Shown here: positions 60,281 through 64,000 of the stretch, piece after piece | How positions within the stretch are numbered: position 1 is the stretch's first letter | Layout of the letters: each line of letters begins with the position of its first letter | NCBI GenBank assembly: GCA_964036045.1 | Contig: OZ038378.1 | Location: forward strand, 166,408,001-166,472,000 | DNA length: 64,000 bases | Reading direction: 5' to 3' | From: Eutreptiella sp. 'Long Island Sound 2002' | Lineage: Eukaryota > Protista > Euglenida | Made by a program: the position numbers and the translations under genes | The notes under the pieces: model-generated | Seen by the model: only the letters and a program-made list of their open reading frames with translations | Told to the model about the DNA's origin: nothing | Databases searched by the model: none

Positions 60281-60862
60281 GTGTCTTTGGTTGGCCTCCA
60301 CGCCCCATCCGCCGCGAATGGTATGAACGAAACCTACTTGCTCCAACTCGCGCTGGGAGCTGGAGGGTCTGCTAAGAACTGGGCCTTCCCCACTGCTCAC
60401 GCATTTGATGCGGACAGTGCGACCGTTGCCTGCGAGACCCAATTTTCCCCCAGCACTGTGACCATGCCCGCCGCCCCTGGTCAGTCGGAGGTGTTCAGGT
60501 CGCCCTCAGGCCCGGATGCCAACACGAGCCTGCAGCAACATGTGCCCACAGTCTACAGCATGCTGGCCCACAGCCTTCCCTTCAGGCACATGTCGGAGAA
60601 GCGCGTGTTGCCGTCGTGTGCGGACGCCGACACTGCCCTGCATCTGTGCATGCCCCACAGCCCCAAGACCGACTCTTCCCGTCCCTCTAGGCACATACCG
60701 CAGATGAACGTGTTGCCCTCGGGTGAGGACGTCGACGCTGGCTTGCAGCAGCACGTGCCTCACAGCCTCAAGATTGACTCCCCCCGTCTTTCTAGGCAGA
60801 TGTCGGAGATGTTCATGCCCAGAGACCAGCTTGACCAGGCGACTTTCGAAGTGTTGTCGTAA
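60281..60862 (+). CDS. Unknown ORF with imperfect internal repeats (possible exon)
   Basis: 193-aa frame with three related segments (DANTSLQQHVP / DADTALHLCMPHSPKTDS / DVDAGLQQHVPHSLKIDS); no family recognised. Confidence 0.25.
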   Translation: MSLVGLHAPSAANGMNETYLLQLALGAGGSAKNWAFPTAHAFDADSATVACETQFSPSTVTMPAAPGQSEVFRSPSGPDANTSLQQHVPTVYSMLAHSLPFRHMSEKRVLPSCADADTALHLCMPHSPKTDSSRPSRHIPQMNVLPSGEDVDAGLQQHVPHSLKIDSPRLSRQMSEMFMPRDQLDQATFEVLS

Positions 60863-60959
60863 AAGGGCACCGAGAGCACTCCCCACCGCCGACGTCGGCC
60901 GCCATCCACAACCGCTACGGGCCACTGCCCCCCACGGGGGGCCATCCTTGTGGGCATCG

Positions 60960-61933
60960 GCCCATATATGGGCAGTCGGCGACGGGGGAGGCCCATTGCT
61001 CGGCGGGTCTCCCAGCTGCATGGTAGGTGGCGAAGGTGGCGGGGCCGCGGCTGGACCGGTGTTGCCCGATCTGCGGTCGCTGCGGTACTCACCAATCAGG
61101 TATGCAGGGGCGGAGGCATTCACAGAGTCGATGGTGGCCAGAGAGCTGTAGTCATCAAGAAACTCACTAGGCAGGTAGTCAGGGGTGCAGGCATCAGGGG
61201 ATGTGCACGACAACTTGTTGTGCTAAGGTCTGTACTAGGCAGTCATGTTGTCCGAGACGTTGCCAGAGGCGGCAAACATGGCCGCAGGGGAAGGAACGAC
61301 CTGGCCCATCAGCACAAGAGACGGATCGTTGGTGCTGAATGTGTCAGCAGCAACGTGGGCAGCCTAGTTCTCAACTGGACCCTCACCGGTCACGATGGTC
61401 TAGGCGAAGTAGCCCAACATGGAGAACATGGCCAAACGGTCGTTCTTGATCTCCTTGACCTTCAACTCGGCGAAAGTGTCAGGATCATAAGCCAAACCCA
61501 GAGGGTCGAAGGCTTCACCAGGCAGCAAATCAAGATCCTCACTAGCGGGGCCAGCCTAGTTGGCACGGTAGGACTCAACAGCACCCATCACTAGCACCTG
61601 GCAGGCCAAGATGATAAGGATGGACTTGGCATGGATTAGGAAAGGGTTACCAAAGTAGTTAAGACCACCATCATTGGGGGTCTGAGCAACAACCTGGAAC
61701 CCGATAGGTTTGTCCAATTGGTCACCCGAGTACTTGGCCAGGATCTCAGGGGTCAAGCAGCCCAAGGTTCCCAACATAGCCCAATGGGCGTGGATCAGCT
61801 CAGCCTCACGATACCGCTCAAGGGTGGCTGCGTCAGCACCCAAAGCAGCATTGTCCCAACCTTAGTCATCAGGGTACTCACCAATAAGGTAGGTAGGAGT
61901 GGAGCGCCCAGAGAATGGGCCCAACCACTTGTT
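60960..61933 (-). pseudogene. Lhcbm: Chlorophyll a/b LHCII polyprotein pseudogene (one nearly full unit, linker, fragments of following units)
   Basis: NKWLGPFSG..TYLIGEYPDD*GWD...ERYREAELIHAHWAMLG...[29 protein letters not shown]; linker AMFAASG (61262-61282); then new N-termini (PDYLPSEF; APAYLIGEY). Several stops, no introns, 5'-truncated. Homology below ~61075 is weak. Confidence 0.9.
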
Positions 61934-62319
61934 AAAAAAATGAATTCGCGTTCGAGTTCGCAACCTCGTGCGCAATCGTATTCGCATCCGTATCTGCATT
62001 CACATTCGCGCGAACTTCGAGCGAATATCCTTTGATTTGTGCATGAGCATGCTGTTCTTGTCGTATGTCTTTTGTTCAGACCTCACCTTCGCTTTGTTTG
62101 TAAAAATGTCCACTCAATAGTCGCATCCCCTTTCCCAGATTGTGTCACTCTCACTCCCCGACCCGTCCGCTGGCACCCTGGGCCACTACCAGGGCATCCC
62201 CCTTCGCCCCGGCACATTGGAGGAGGCCACGTACACGGGGGGCCTGGCAGTGGAGGACGTGGTGGGGTGGGCAAAGGGGTTGGCCACTCCCCCCCAGTTG
62301 ATTCATCTTGACATGCGAA

Positions 62320-63880
62320 CATTCGCCATTTGCTGGCACCAATTGTCTCAGCCCATTTTACATGGCACAAAGAAGATGTCTATGATTGCTTATCCCTACT
62401 TGTTCCATGTTATGCAACACACCGCTTTGAGACTCGACAACGGGTTCAAAGCGAATGCCTGTGACCAGTTTTGAGCAATTGGCTCTTCATTGGCATACAT
62501 TGTAACACCACCAGATGCATGCAAGCCATGTTGTGGCACGGCATGGCTTGGGAGGGTGGCATCCCATGGCCAATTGCACCAGCAAGTTCTGGACTCCGCT
62601 CTGCTTTACTGCCTCCATTGTTCCCTGCCAATCCAAGGTGTCAACCAAGGGAGCCACTGACGGTACAGGGGGGGGGAGGGGTCTTGTGGCACTTTAATTT
62701 CGCGCAGGAAATTTCGCGTTTCAAATTGACCGCGAAATCTCTCGCGTGAAATTCAGGGTTCTCCGCGAATTTCTGGTACACTACCAGTACACACACTACA
62801 CACTGTGGACTCTGGCGGGGGGTGATACACACACAGTGACAGTGACAGGTGTCTTGCATGTGCCATCTCTTTCAGCTTCAACCCCCTATGAATTGTGTAT
62901 ACTCACATTTCATTCAGCCCTTGCCTCGTGGAACAGTTTTTGGTCCGTAAAAGTGCACCCCACAGTGAAGTGCAACATCTAGTGAATCATCTGAAGGAGG
63001 TTCCCCTCAAGAAAAAGTCCATTGCGAATCGTGGGGCATACAAGAATGCATTATCTTTATATATGCATGTGAACAGAAAAGAGGCGGGCCACTGCAAACA
63101 ATTAATGCCCAAAAAGGCAATAGAGCAAGGCCCAGGAGCTCCTTTGCAGGGAGTTACGGTTGCCCTTGCCGGGGGTGTAAGTTGAATCCCACTGTCAAAG
63201 TTTGAACACATGTCAGTACCTGAGACCAACTTGACCCTCATCACTGGCAGAGTGTGGACCAGGAATTGTTCGCACTTTCACTTGTCTACTGTCCGACGCC
63301 CCCCCCCCCCCCTCTCCCCCCGCACACACCTCTAGCATTCGCCATTTGCTAGCACCAATTGTCTCAGCCCATTTTACATGGCACAACGAACACATCTATG
63401 ATTGCTTATCCCTTGTTCCATGTCATGCAACTTTGAGACTGGAAAGCGGCTTCAAAGTGAATGCCTGCGACCAGTTTTGAGCAATTGGCTCTTCATTGGC
63501 ATGCATCGGTAACACCACCAGATGCATGCAAGCCATGTTGTGGCACGGCATGGCTTGGGAGGGTGGCATCCCATGGCCAATGTCAACATGCCGCTGCTGT
63601 GGCTGTACAATAGTTGTTTGTCAATGGCCAATTGCACCAGCAAGTTCTGGACTCCGCCCTGCTTTACTGCCTCCATTGTCCTATGACAATCTGAGAAGCC
63701 ACTGCCGGTGAGCTGTAGCGCTTTCCGCTTGGATGCATCTCCTGCCCAACATCAATCGGACCAGTCGCAATCGCAATCGTTGGCACTTTGTCCTATGACA
63801 ATCTGAGAAGCCGACCCCCCCCCCCCCCCCCCACACACACCTCCAGCATTCGCCATTTGTTGGCACCAATTATCTCCGCC
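62320..63880 (+). repeat. Dispersed direct repeat (~300-350 bp x2 plus a short third copy)
   Basis: CATTCGCCATTTG...GCTTTACTGCCTCCATTGT at ~62320-62620 and ~63335-63680, with a start fragment again at ~63846. Confidence 0.85.
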
Positions 63881-64000
63881 CACAATCCAGTACTGACTGC
63901 TCCCCCCCTCCCCTTTGTCCCGTGAGGGTGCTGCCCGCGGATTGCACAGAGTGCACCAGGGCATGTGTGTTCGGCTGCATCCGTGAGCACGGATGCGCAT

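Noticed and set aside
38971-61460. RIP-like CpA to TpA mutation bias suggested by several TAG/TAA stops in pseudogenes
   Set aside because: Too few sites, ancestral states unknown, and CpG transitions and transversions are also present; it needs consensus-based counting.
1-64000. Frequent 10-17 nt poly-G/poly-C runs as regulatory elements
   Set aside because: They are ubiquitous, mostly inside MITE-like sequence, and their lengths are error-prone; no specific function can be supported.

Overview
Repeat-dense eukaryotic nuclear DNA, most likely from a photosynthetic euglenid. The evidence is a decayed chlorophyll a/b LHCII copy with two units joined in frame by an 'AMFAASG' polyprotein linker. 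Two host genes stand out. (1) An intronless, apparently intact ~1085-aa bacteriophytochrome-type hybrid kinase (PAS-GAF-PHY-HisKA-HATPase-REC, 28534-31791). It keeps the N-terminal biliverdin-type Cys, but has Cys at the normally invariant bilin-stacking His (DrBphP H260 position) plus other pocket changes, so it is a candidate two-cysteine, spectrally shifted photoreceptor. An 861-bp inverted copy of its PHY-HisKA part sits 9 kb upstream inside a decayed transposon-like region. (2) A GT-AG spliced Ig-like (Big_9-type)-vWA gene with four phase-consistent exons (5118-11965). The rest is nested mobile DNA: hAT elements with TIRs and 8-bp TSDs, two CMC/Transib-like DDE elements (plus a third, weaker candidate) whose repeat arrays lie inside predicted introns, a gag + tyrosine-recombinase element, two non-LTR retroelements (one with a long insert inside RT), a gag remnant, a foldback palindrome and several VNTRs. 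No rRNA, tRNA or CRISPR array was found. All alignments were done by eye; no database searches were run.
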